Below, piece after piece: positions 1-9,178 of a DNA stretch of 64,000 bases (its first letter is position 1; each line of letters starts with the position of its first letter). A program made the translations under genes and the position numbers. The notes below the pieces were generated by a model, which saw only the letters and a program-made list of their open reading frames with translations, searched no databases and was not told where the DNA came from. The DNA comes from Verrucomicrobiota bacterium. Its GTDB lineage: Bacteria > Verrucomicrobiota > Verrucomicrobiia > Opitutales > Cerasicoccaceae. Location: assembly GCA_039818205.1 (NCBI GenBank), contig JBCBUK010000012.1, positions 71,239 to 135,238 on the forward strand, given 5' to 3'.

Positions 1-3000
1 AATCGTCCACGGAAGCGGTCCTGGATTCTGGTAAAGTGCACTTGCCGGATCGATGATAATCAGCTGATCGACAAAATTTGAATTAGCACCCGCCAGTTCA
101 CGCGTGAAGGTTCCGCCCCCGTTCGCAATCACAAGATTGTTATTGCTGTCGCGAATGACAAACGAAACGATATCAGCCGTACCGTTCACATCGCTTCCAG
201 AGTTGGACCACGGTGCTGGCAGCTGGTTGACTCCGAGTTCGACCGGGACCTCATACGTAAAGGTAACGGCGTCGCCCTGAGCCAAACCGCTGATCTCATA
301 GAGTTGTCCCGCAGGCGCGAAGAAATTGTCCACGAGCATCCATTCACCTGGATTACCGACTCCTGTCACGATTGGTCCAGGAAGACTTGGGTCAGGATTT
401 CCACGATTGAAGACATTGGTCTCCGGAATGGGCTGGAGAATTTCTAAGCCATCAAGGAATGCCTGAGCTTCGGCATCATCGCTATTCTTGCTAAATGTCC
501 AACGGAAGCTACGTGGACCCGCACCAACCTGGAATGCGACCTGTTGCCAAATCGTGTCGCCGGAAATAACCGCCGATTGTGGAGTGGTGTCGAAATCGAA
601 GGTCGGAAGCGATTGCACAACTCCATCGACCAGAAATGTCAGCGTGTCTTCGCCGGCTTCTCCAGTCGTCTTCCACCAGAACTTGACGATTGAATTCTCG
701 GTTAAATCGTAAGTCAGGTTCAAGGCGGCAGTTTGGCCAGCAGTCATCCCAGCGGGCGACTTTACCGAACTATCGCCTACCGGAGCCGAGCTATCGGGCT
801 CGCCGCTAAAGCTCAAACTATTCGTGTCCGGAATGAAGGCCGGGATTTCTAAATCAACCCGAGCGGTTGCGCCTGTTATTGCTGTAACCTGGTCGTAGGT
901 CCACGTAATCGTCCACGGATAGGGATAATTGCCGGGCACGTAGAGATCGGTATTATCCGCATCGATCACGATCAAAGTCGGAATATAAACCGGATCAAAG
1001 CCAGAAATCACCGCGATACTGGGATCCACGAAAACAACATCATTACCATTTGCGGCAACCAATTGATAGGAGAGCGTGTCTGTAGTGCCGGCATTGATAA
1101 ACCACGGTGCATTAACAGTCGTTGGCCCAAGCACTGTAAACGAGAAGCTCGCAGATTCACCTTGAGCAATGACAGGGCTCTCGAGGGCATTGTCATTGAA
1201 CGCAAATCTGTCTTGAACTTCGCGCCATTCTCCCTGACCGCCTACATTCTGGACCTCTCCGAAATCGAAAGCAGGTGCCACTGGGTTAGGCGATTCGATC
1301 TTAACGGTTCGAAGCAAGAAATTATCTTCCGTTGCGCCCGTTTCCTCGGCAATAGCGCTTTCACGGTTAACGACAATCACTACCAGGTAGTCTTCGCGAC
1401 CCGCCTGAATATTGGTGACCGGAATATCGATTGTAAAATCAACCGAAATCGGAGGCACTGGCGGTGGATCCAACGGAGCGTTGACGCTATTTAGTCCACC
1501 GGTATACGGATTCAAAATCGGAGTTGTCCCCGGTCCGAGCACAAGTGCGTTCTCAGGCAAAGTATCAGTCAGTGGATCAAAACTAAGGTTCTCAAGCAGA
1601 TAGACTTCCAGAACCGCCGCCGGATTTCCGTTTTCAACCGTGGAAGGCGGCACGATACCAATCGTATTATTAGAAAGCGTGAACGAAACATCGGTGAAGC
1701 TGTCTCCATTCTGAATCTTGGTGCCGTTCGCAAACGTCAGATTCGACAGTCTCAAGTCCGGTTGAATAACCGTAATTAGAGTAGTTCCGACGGTTTCATC
1801 TGGTGAAGAAGCCAGCGGGGTGTCAGGCGCTGCGACTCGCGTAGTCAAGAAAAACGAACCACTGTCAGAAAATCCGGTCAGGTTGAACGTTACGGTTTCT
1901 TCGTCACCCGGATCGAATGGAGATGTTGCTAGAGTGATCGGCGCCCCACCCTGAGCTTCCGACAAAATATCCGATTCACGGAAATCGTCACTTGGAGCTT
2001 GAGTCAAATAAAGCTCAACAACCAATTCTCCTTGAACACTGACCGCGCCGGTATTGCTCACGGTAACGCTAACTTCGAAAGGTGCGTTGACGCCAATTGT
2101 GCTGGTATCGAGTTGCGGTGGAGTAATCGTGATCTCACGACCATCGGCCTGCGCAACCTGCGGAGTATCAAAAGTTACCGGCAGCGCGGTGCCGTTTCCA
2201 ATTTGTCCGTTATTATTCGAGCCAATTGTCAAAAATGCTGTATCCCCGCCCGGTGTGACACCTTTGGTAATAGTGAAGGCAGTGGGAGTCGTTGATGACT
2301 CGTTCTCCCAGCCACCATCAACCGCAGAAAATGTGTATCCAGGAGCAATCTGTGCTGGCACAAAAATGATGCGACCTTCAATCGAAGTGTCCGAAGCCGG
2401 CTGGGCGAGCTGGGTGTCGAAATTATTACCCCAACCGAATAGCTCACCATTAGAGTTGATCGCGTAGGAATTTGCCGCGCCAGTCCCAATAGTCACCCAA
2501 TTGGACGCGTTTCCAACGCGGGTAGGAGTCGAGACGGATGCGACTGGAAAACCGTTGACCGATCCGAGACCCAACTGACCGAGGTAGTTCTCTCCATATG
2601 TGAAAACCTGACCGGAGCTATTTAACAAAACAGCGTGTCTTGACCCGGCTTCAACTGCGGTCCAATTACTTGCCGAACCCACTCGAACAGGAAGCAACAG
2701 TGGATAATCCGCAAATGGAATTCCAGAGGTCGTTGGAGGAGCACCCCAAACCCAGAGAGTACCGTCTGAACGAATACCAATGCTAAAGTTAGTCCCAGCT
2801 GCAGCATCCATCCAAGTCGGTGCAGCTGGATTGTCCGGATCTACCAAAATAGGCTCTTCGATAACCGTATCGTCAAATGTTTCTGAGAACGGGTCGAATA
2901 ATTGGCCAATGCCAAGCTGACCAGCACCGTTGTCACCCCATGCCCACAAAGCGCCTGATGAATCAATCGCGAAAGTATGGGCTGGACCAGCCGCAACATC

Positions 3001-3465
3001 CTGGATGCTTAGTCCAAGCGCTCCAGGGAAAACCACCTGGACTGGATTGCTCGTCGACGTTGGGAGGGTCCCGGTGCCGAGCTGACCGGCATTATTCTGC
3101 CCCCATGCATACAGGGTGCCAGTTGAGTCGTTTGCAGATCCGCTATTGCTAATACCGAAAGCAAAATTGGGCCCAGCTGAGGTCAAAATAAAGTTCGCAG
3201 CTAGAGTAACGGGCGTCGGAACGGGTTGTGGCGTATTAGTATTACCCTGACCCAATTGGCCGACATCGTTTTTACCCCAAGATCGCAGCGTACCGGAAGT
3301 GCTACCGTCGGTAATTGCAACCGATGTGGCAAACTCTTCACCGGCTGCCACGATGCTCGCCGCGTGCAGACTGCCCTGAAGGGAAACCAGCGCGGCGATT
3401 ATCGAAACTCCGAAGGCCGCACGATTAAATTTTAAAGCGGGCATTGGAAAATTGAGAGATTTCAT
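1..3465 (-). CDS. Large secreted RCC1-repeat beta-propeller protein with CARDB/Ig-like and repeated beta-sandwich domains (3' end beyond window)
   Basis: Manual translation from ATG at 3465 (RBS-like AAAGGA upstream): MKSLNFPMPALKFNRAAFGVSIIAALVSLQGSLHA signal peptide, then RCC1 motifs WGKNDVGQLG, WGQNNAGQLG, WGDNGAGQLG, YGENYLGQLG, WGNNFDTQLA, GSNNNGQIG. The frame stays open to base 1, which explains its absence from the ORF track. Confidence 0.9.
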   Translation of the reverse strand, partial: MKSLNFPMPALKFNRAAFGVSIIAALVSLQGSLHAASIVAAGEEFATSVAITDGSTSGTLRSWGKNDVGQLGQGNTNTPQPVPTPVTLAANFILTSAGPNFAFGISNSGSANDSTGTLYAWGQNNAGQLGTGTLPTSTSNPVQVVFPGALGLSIQDVAAGPAHTFAIDSSGALWAWGDNGAGQLGIGQLFDPFSETFDDTVIEEPILVDPDNPAAPTWMDAAAGTNFSIGIRSDGTLWVWGAPPTTSGIPFADYPLLLPVRVGSASNWTAVEAGSRHAVLLNSSGQVFTYGENYLGQLGLGSVNGFPVASVSTPTRVGNASNWVTIGTGAANSYAINSNGELFGWGNNFDTQLAQPASDTSIEGRIIFVPAQIAPGYTFSAVDGGWENESSTTPTAFTITKGVTPGGDTAFLTIGSNNNGQIGNGTALPVTFDTPQVAQADGREITITPPQLDTSTIGVNAPFEVSVTVSNTGAVSVQGELVVELYLTQAPSDDFRESDILSEAQGGAPITLATSPFDPGDEETVTFNLTGFSDSGSFFLTTRVAAPDTPLASSPDETVGTTLITVIQPDLRLSNLTFANGTKIQNGDSFTDVSFTLSNNTIGIVPPSTVENGNPAAVLEVYLLENLSFDPLTDTLPENALVLGPGTTPILNPYTGGLNSVNAPLDPPPVPPISVDFTIDIPVTNIQAGREDYLVVIVVNRESAIAEETGATEDNFLLRTVKIESPNPVAPAFDFGEVQNVGGQGEWREVQDRFAFNDNALESPVIAQGESASFSFTVLGPTTVNAPWFINAGTTDTLSYQLVAANGNDVVFVDPSIAVISGFDPVYIPTLIVIDADNTDLYVPGNYPYPWTITWTYDQVTAITGATARVDLEIPAFIPDTNSLSFSGEPDSSAPVGDSSVKSPAGMTAGQTAALNLTYDLTENSIVKFWWKTTGEAGEDTLTFLVDGVVQSLPTFDFDTTPQSAVISGDTIWQQVAFQVGAGPRSFRWTFSKNSDDAEAQAFLDGLEILQPIPETNVFNRGNPDPSLPGPIVTGVGNPGEWMLVDNFFAPAGQLYEISGLAQGDAVTFTYEVPVELGVNQLPAPWSNSGSDVNGTADIVSFVIRDSNNNLVIANGGGTFTRELAGANSNFVDQLIIIDPASALYQNPGPLPWTI

Positions 3466-3607
3466 GACTGTGTCCTTTGGTTGAACGCGCCCTGTTTAGA
3501 CAAGTGACCATTATCAAAATGACTTCGTCTATGGAAGGATAGACTCTTGCGGGCAATTTGGCTCATATCTCATTCACACATGATTTACAGAGCGAGGAAT
3601 CGACAGA

Positions 3608-5701
3608 CTATTCGCTGTCGCTTTCCTCTTTTTCGTCATTGTCACCAGCGAGGGTGCTGACACGCTCCAGCAATTCGAGCTGAGCCTTGTCGTTATCAAA
3701 TTTGGTCTGCAGCGCCATAATGTCTTCGTAGGCCTGAGCTTGATCCGAGGGCAATGTATAGCCTGGAATCTCATTTTCGAGGATTCCCATACGGTATAGG
3801 ACGCGGGGATCGATGATGTCCTTGTAAGTCGTTCCATCAGCACTGAGCGTTTTCGCGGTAATGAAGATAACCAAATTCCGCGTTTGTGTCTGCTTCGTAG
3901 TCGATTGGAAAAGCTCACCAAGCAATGGAATCTCGCTCAGGTAGGGAACACTACTATCAGCATCGGTAGTCAGGGTCTCCATTAAGCCACCAATCGCTAG
4001 CGTAAAACCATCCTTAAGGATCACATTACTTTGTGTCTCAGTGGTTTGGATGATTGGGATCTCAGCGCCACCGGCTCCACCGAAGCTCGTAACACGGTCA
4101 CTCCGTGACAGTTGCGGGCGGACATTCAAGCGAATGAATCCAGCACTGTTTACATTGGGAGTAACCGAGAGAATGGTACCAATGTCTTTATATTCAAAAC
4201 CGCTAACCTCGAAAGACCCAGTCTCGTCATTGAACGTGTAACTAGGAATCGGAAACTGCTCACCAATAACCAATTTAGCTTCTTCACCATCGAGAGTCAC
4301 GAGAGTCGGGTTATTGACCAGCTTGGCATCCGTATTGGTTTCCAAGAAACTCAAGATCACATTGAATGCATCGGCTGAGAACACCGCCGTGTCTGAACGA
4401 GTTACCTCGTCAATCCAGTTTAGGTCACCAAGAACCGAGGTGTTAAATGCGTTGTTGGCAATATTTTGCAAGGTATTCGAGGTGCTCGAATTAAAGCCAC
4501 CAGGAATCTGGAAGTTGTTGCTCGAGCTGTTGGTCGAGTTCGCCTGACGGTCGCGAGTCGTATCGAACTCGATACTGTTATCGGAAGCACGTCCGGACTC
4601 AGAAGTATACTCCCGATTGAACGGTCCAGCGGTCAATTGATACCCCTGTAACGAAGCCCAGTTCACCCCGATGTCGCTACGGTCTTCATCATTGATCTCG
4701 ATGAACTTGGACTCGATCATGACCTGAGGGTTCGGACGGTCGAGACGCTCGATGATCGCCTGGATGTCATTCATCCGTGATGGGCGCTCCGTAATGAGCA
4801 GAGCATTGGTGCGCTGATCAACCTGAACTCGGCCACCAGCCGCGGAATCAATGAGGGGAGCCAAGGATGACTGCAGGCTGTTGGCGACTGCGTAGTTAAT
4901 CAGGAAAACGCGTGTCTCTGTTTGTTCGTTGGTCAACTCCTCGAGACTTTTAATTTTGATGATGTTGCGGTCTTCAATGTAGGTGTAGCCGAGAGGCTCG
5001 AGCACAACTTCAAAAACCTGGCGCCAAGATACATTCCGCAACTTGATGGATGTGCTGCCAACCAAGGTATCTGGAATCACCACATTCAGGTCGTAGAGGT
5101 CCGCGACGTTGCGGATGATCGTACGAACTTCCTCGTCGGGAAAATCAACCGAAATGGTGTCGTCCTGCCCCATAAGAGCTTCCTGACCTCCGCTTTCGCT
5201 GGGGAACTCAACGGTTGCGCTGCCCGCCTCACCTGGGAAATCAATCTCCATCGCAGGAATCTCGACGGTCTTCTCTTCGACCGTTGCGTTACCACTGTCG
5301 TCCACCACCTTTTCTAAGACTGGCTCTGACTCTGTAATCGGCCGAACCGTGAGTCCAGAATCGTCGCCGGTGTAAGCGGTCGTGCCAGCATCGTCTGCGG
5401 GAGTCGAACCTCCTGTGGCAGAATCTGAACTGCTAGCTGCGGAACCGGCACTACTTGATGCCGAGTCTTGATTGGACGGAGGAGTCGTGCCCTCCAAGGT
5501 TGATCCCGCGTATGGCGGATTCGTATTAGGCGACGGGATCGAGGTTCCGATCTCATCCTCGGCGTCCACGTCAGTGGGCTCGACGGATGGGTCTTCAGCC
5601 GCGGTCGTGCCGGAATCGGACTGCGCAATGCTTGCAGGAGTCAGGGCAATGCCGGAGATGACGGCCAGCATTGCGAGGAGCAAGATGTTCAAGAGCTTCA
5701 T
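3608..5701 (-). CDS. pilQ: Secretin (PilQ/GspD family) with long acidic low-complexity N-terminus
   Basis: Signal peptide; STN/N domains (ISVDFPDEEVRTIIR, VDQRTNALLI); secretin core QVMIESKFIE, PTLVTLDGEEA, GTILSVTPNV, VPYLSEIPLLGELF, LVIFIT. Confidence 0.88.
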   Translation of the reverse strand: MKLLNILLLAMLAVISGIALTPASIAQSDSGTTAAEDPSVEPTDVDAEDEIGTSIPSPNTNPPYAGSTLEGTTPPSNQDSASSSAGSAASSSDSATGGSTPADDAGTTAYTGDDSGLTVRPITESEPVLEKVVDDSGNATVEEKTVEIPAMEIDFPGEAGSATVEFPSESGGQEALMGQDDTISVDFPDEEVRTIIRNVADLYDLNVVIPDTLVGSTSIKLRNVSWRQVFEVVLEPLGYTYIEDRNIIKIKSLEELTNEQTETRVFLINYAVANSLQSSLAPLIDSAAGGRVQVDQRTNALLITERPSRMNDIQAIIERLDRPNPQVMIESKFIEINDEDRSDIGVNWASLQGYQLTAGPFNREYTSESGRASDNSIEFDTTRDRQANSTNSSSNNFQIPGGFNSSTSNTLQNIANNAFNTSVLGDLNWIDEVTRSDTAVFSADAFNVILSFLETNTDAKLVNNPTLVTLDGEEAKLVIGEQFPIPSYTFNDETGSFEVSGFEYKDIGTILSVTPNVNSAGFIRLNVRPQLSRSDRVTSFGGAGGAEIPIIQTTETQSNVILKDGFTLAIGGLMETLTTDADSSVPYLSEIPLLGELFQSTTKQTQTRNLVIFITAKTLSADGTTYKDIIDPRVLYRMGILENEIPGYTLPSDQAQAYEDIMALQTKFDNDKAQLELLERVSTLAGDNDEKEESDSE

Positions 5702-5738
5702 GTCTAGTCGGGAGTTAAAGTTCGGCAGTGGCTAAGAA

Positions 5739-6269
5739 TTATTGAGAGTCTCGTGTGATGCCTTTACCAGCACCTTCATCGAATTGTCGAATGACTGTTG
5801 AGTCATTGAGTTTGAGCGTGTAGTTTTTGGAGTTCACGTCCAATACCTGAATCAGGTACGGAGAACCGCGAAAATTGATTTTGACTGTGTCGCCGTCGCG
5901 CAGTTGGCCTTGTGGCAGAATCAGGATACCGGCGCCTTCGCGAAACATAACACCGGTCGGTCGAATTGTCGGCGAAACAGCTTCGAGCACTTCCGCGTCC
6001 GTGTAGGCGACCTCCTTGACAACAACGGGCTTGTTATCGACTACCGCTACCGGCTCGGGCTCAGGTTCTGGAGCAAATTCAAACGGGTATCGCACATCGT
6101 CGATGGCGGTCAAAACCTCTGGATCAGAAACATCGTAATATTTCTCAGCCGCTTTGATCTGCTTGGTCCGTTTGGTGATACTGATCACCCGATCGGCTGC
6201 AGCGCTGTTCGTATAGAAGAACGCGAAAAGGAGAGAAAGTAGCGGTAGTGTGATGAATGGTTTCTTCAT
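5739..6269 (-). CDS. PilP/GspC-like periplasmic protein
   Basis: Signal/anchor MKKPFITLPLLSLL, RYPFEF motif (like PilP RDPF), position between pilO and the secretin; start moved to ATG 6269. Confidence 0.55.
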   Translation of the reverse strand: MKKPFITLPLLSLLFAFFYTNSAAADRVISITKRTKQIKAAEKYYDVSDPEVLTAIDDVRYPFEFAPEPEPEPVAVVDNKPVVVKEVAYTDAEVLEAVSPTIRPTGVMFREGAGILILPQGQLRDGDTVKINFRGSPYLIQVLDVNSKNYTLKLNDSTVIRQFDEGAGKGITRDSQ

Positions 6270-6273
6270 GATC

Positions 6274-6870
6274 TTACTTTTTCTTCTTTTCCTCAGGTTC
6301 CTTCTCGGGCGGTATCCCAAGACCAGAAAATTTTATAGATGCCCTTACCTCATCACTGCCAATAGCTGTCTGGTTGCTCGGCGACATGGTAAGCGATTCG
6401 ATCCGCACAATATATTTGCCGGTCCGCAGCTCATACAAAAATATCAGAACGTTCTTATAGGGACCGCTGACGGAAACACTAAATTGAACCAGCGGATACT
6501 CGTTCATTCCCGCCGCTTTTGCGCCGATGACCTGACCGCGTGACGGATCCATCAAATTGACGCCGGATTTTTCCGCCATCTGAAGTAGATAGCGGTAGTT
6601 ATCCGTCGCTGCTTCAGAATCAATGAGTCGCGAATCGATCCCGGTAACGATCTCCTGCATTTTGGCCAGGTTCTCCTCCAGGTTAACCGAGTTCTCGCGA
6701 TTGGTGTTCATCAAGTCGCTTTCGGTCAAGGTCTGCTCATACTCGGTCTCAAGCGAAGGAAGACGATCACTTCGCAGGAAGGTCAGAACCACCGCAACCA
6801 ACAAGACACCACCGCAAATGAATGCCAGCGGATACTGCTTAACCTTAGCAATGATTACTTCTGAGTTCAT
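6274..6870 (-). CDS. pilO: PilO/GspM-like inner-membrane protein
   Basis: N-terminal TM, coiled coil, C-terminal ferredoxin-like SVSGPYKNVLIFLYEL motif; operon position. Confidence 0.7.
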   Translation of the reverse strand: MNSEVIIAKVKQYPLAFICGGVLLVAVVLTFLRSDRLPSLETEYEQTLTESDLMNTNRENSVNLEENLAKMQEIVTGIDSRLIDSEAATDNYRYLLQMAEKSGVNLMDPSRGQVIGAKAAGMNEYPLVQFSVSVSGPYKNVLIFLYELRTGKYIVRIESLTMSPSNQTAIGSDEVRASIKFSGLGIPPEKEPEEKKKK

Positions 6871-7517
6871 GCTTCAGTTTTGAGGTTAATGACGATGGTG
6901 AACTCAAACAGTCCTTGATTTTCAATCCGAGTCGGTTGAGAGACATCAATATTATCAATGCGGTTGGCGAGAACCTCTAATTCATCGAGAACGACTTTAT
7001 AATTATCCAGTTCGGAAAGGTCGTCTCCGGAACTTCCCTTCAACATTCCACGAATGGTGTAACGCAAACTTGAAACGTATTTTGGCTTACGCTTGCTGCC
7101 GACGTTCGTCTGGGAGGTGGTGATCGCAAAACTCTCTAAAGCAATATTCTCCGGACGAGACTTTGAAATCTCCAGAAGAATATCATCGGGATAAATATAG
7201 TTGTCGTAGAACTTGATCAGGTCGTCGGCCTTTGTGCTCAACTTTGAAAACTCCTTACTGAGTTTAAGCGCTGAGCGATTCCCCGCGGCACCATCTTGGA
7301 CCAACTTGCGCTGCTCATCGATGCTGGTGCTAATCGTCATGGCTTGATACTCTGAGAAGCCAAACCAGCCCACGGCCGAAACGGTAAGTGCCAGGGCAAC
7401 AAAATTGATCAGGAAGTTCGTCCGGACCGCCTTAACATCAGGCAATACGTCAGAATCCCGGAAGTCGGGATGCCAGTTAGGCTGGCTCTGCGCATTTTTG
7501 GATTTTTTATCAGCCAT
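6867..7517 (-). CDS. pilN: PilN-like inner-membrane protein
   Basis: Short cytoplasmic N-terminus, single TM, coiled coil, ILLEISKSRPENIALES (PilN-like L..L....P..V.L) motif; 4-nt overlap with pilO. Confidence 0.65.
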   Translation of the reverse strand: MADKKSKNAQSQPNWHPDFRDSDVLPDVKAVRTNFLINFVALALTVSAVGWFGFSEYQAMTISTSIDEQRKLVQDGAAGNRSALKLSKEFSKLSTKADDLIKFYDNYIYPDDILLEISKSRPENIALESFAITTSQTNVGSKRKPKYVSSLRYTIRGMLKGSSGDDLSELDNYKVVLDELEVLANRIDNIDVSQPTRIENQGLFEFTIVINLKTEA

Positions 7518-7531
7518 GTCCGTGACTCAAA

Positions 7532-8560
7532 TTATTTCTGGTTGCTATAGTTACCCATCAAACTGAAAAGACCGAACCAACGTGGGCCAAGATTACTCAA
7601 GTCCACCCCATCAGCGACTTTGATACCCTGATGCTCGAACCAGGAATCGTAGTCGGGCTTTAAAACGTGAACGCCCAGTGTCTTGGAAAGGGTCGTCGCG
7701 ATCCAGCCGAGGTTATCGGGGGCGAGCCCCAGGAAAATGTTTCCGATGGTTTGACCGGTTTGAACCTCGTAGAAGCCGGTCGATGCTTGGAGCTCTTTGA
7801 GGAGCTTCTTCAGCAAAGTTGGACCCATTTCTGCAAAATCGAAGGTGCTCGAACCAAACAGTTTCTGGGCAGACTCTTCGTCCTTGAGGCCAAGTTCCTT
7901 CTGAACAATCGGATACATACTCCGAAGGCCGTAAGGAACGGGGCGAGCGACATCCAAGGAATTGCCGTTACAAACGAGGACTTGCGCATCGTCATAACCC
8001 ATTTCCAGGATCAGCGTTGGCGCTTTCTCGCCTTTCATCTCCTGATAATTAAGAACACCACCAACCGTTGCAACCGAGCCGATTTCGACTCGACTGGGAA
8101 ACAGCCCATAGGAAACCAGGCGTTCTTGTTCCGTGCGAAGGTCTTCCCGAGGCGCACCACAGAAAACCAATTCCTTACCGGAAGAGCGATCGACTCCGAA
8201 TTCGCCGCCGCCGTTCGCTACTAGTACCGACATCGCGTAAGCGGCGACATCGATTTTAAACTGACTTTTCAGAAATTCTGGAAGGTATGCCGGATCTTTA
8301 GTCTTGGCTGGGTTGTCCAAGGTTGCCCGACGAATCACGCGAGTTGCTGGGTAAATACCGCAAACGGCCTGAGCAAACTGAATTTTTGGATTACCAACTA
8401 GGGCAAGAACTGTAGCTTTTATGCCCTCAACGCCCTCAGAAAGGGGAATTTCCTCAATCCCTTCAATGGTGATTGGCGGCTCTAAACTAGAAACACGGGC
8501 CACCAGAAGAGAAAACTCGGTGAGTTCAACGAAAAGTGCTTTGGAGGTTGCCTTCGACAT
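7532..8560 (-). CDS. pilM: PilM-like actin-fold cytoplasmic protein (degenerate nucleotide motifs)
   Basis: First gene of the M-N-O-P-Q order; LILEMG, ARPVPYG, LLKELQASTGFYE..Q resemble PilM; 342 aa. Confidence 0.7.
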   Translation of the reverse strand: MSKATSKALFVELTEFSLLVARVSSLEPPITIEGIEEIPLSEGVEGIKATVLALVGNPKIQFAQAVCGIYPATRVIRRATLDNPAKTKDPAYLPEFLKSQFKIDVAAYAMSVLVANGGGEFGVDRSSGKELVFCGAPREDLRTEQERLVSYGLFPSRVEIGSVATVGGVLNYQEMKGEKAPTLILEMGYDDAQVLVCNGNSLDVARPVPYGLRSMYPIVQKELGLKDEESAQKLFGSSTFDFAEMGPTLLKKLLKELQASTGFYEVQTGQTIGNIFLGLAPDNLGWIATTLSKTLGVHVLKPDYDSWFEHQGIKVADGVDLSNLGPRWFGLFSLMGNYSNQK

Positions 8561-8902
8561 AATCTAGAATGCGAATTGCACGCTCGGAAGGACGAGCACC
8601 GTGAAACACGTGGGAAGTTTAACTGCGTGAAATCGACGGGTCATAATAGCGAGCAAGCTGAAATATGGCTACCCCCACCCCCTAGCTTTCACAAGTTAAA
8701 AATCGTTCACCAATGCGTTTTTGTCGCGATATATGAAGGGTTTACACTTGTTTCACCAACTGGTGATCCCAGCCTAGTTATTTCGTCCGAGGAATATTCG
8801 GGAGCTCTTCCACTCACGGCCATTTCTTGAAAATTTTTTATCAATTCCACGATTCGAGCGCCCGCCGATTGACAAAACAGCAATTCTCGGAATGCGTACA
8901 CA

Positions 8903-8928
8903 GAAAAAGCCGACGGAAACCGTCGGCT
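8903..8928 (-). terminator. Rho-independent terminator downstream of the small ribosomal protein gene
   Basis: Minus strand AGCCGACGG-TTT-CCGTCGGCT followed by TTTT. Confidence 0.75.
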
Positions 8929-8969
8929 GTGCACTGTGAAATACTTAACGGCGCGAGGCGCCAGGGTAA

Positions 8970-9065
8970 CTACCAGGTACGCTTCTTGTGACGATTCGCA
9001 TGTGAACGCTTACGGCGCTTATGCTTGTTCATCTTCAATCGACGCTTTTTCTTCAGATTGCCCAT
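8970..9065 (-). CDS. Small basic ribosomal protein bS22/mS38 (AURKAIP1/COX24, DUF1713 family), 31 aa
   Basis: Manual translation [31 protein letters not shown]; matches the KKRRxKMxKHKxRKR family signature; has its own terminator. Confidence 0.88.
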   Translation of the reverse strand: MGNLKKKRRLKMNKHKRRKRSHANRHKKRTW

Positions 9066-9178
9066 AAATTTATTTAGGTGATGCTGGCTGGATGAAAGTT
9101 GGAATTAGGAAAAACGCGTGATAGTGAGAGCTAGTTAGGGATTGTAAAGCGCAAATTGCCCCGATCCCTCAGATTCCA

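Noticed and set aside
444..3435. Many short ORFs in the first 3.5 kb
   Set aside because: All are shadows of the single long minus-strand frame 1-3465.
8576..8934. 84-aa and 75-aa ORFs, or a structured RNA, upstream of pilM
   Set aside because: No coding or known RNA signature recognised; more likely the promoter region.
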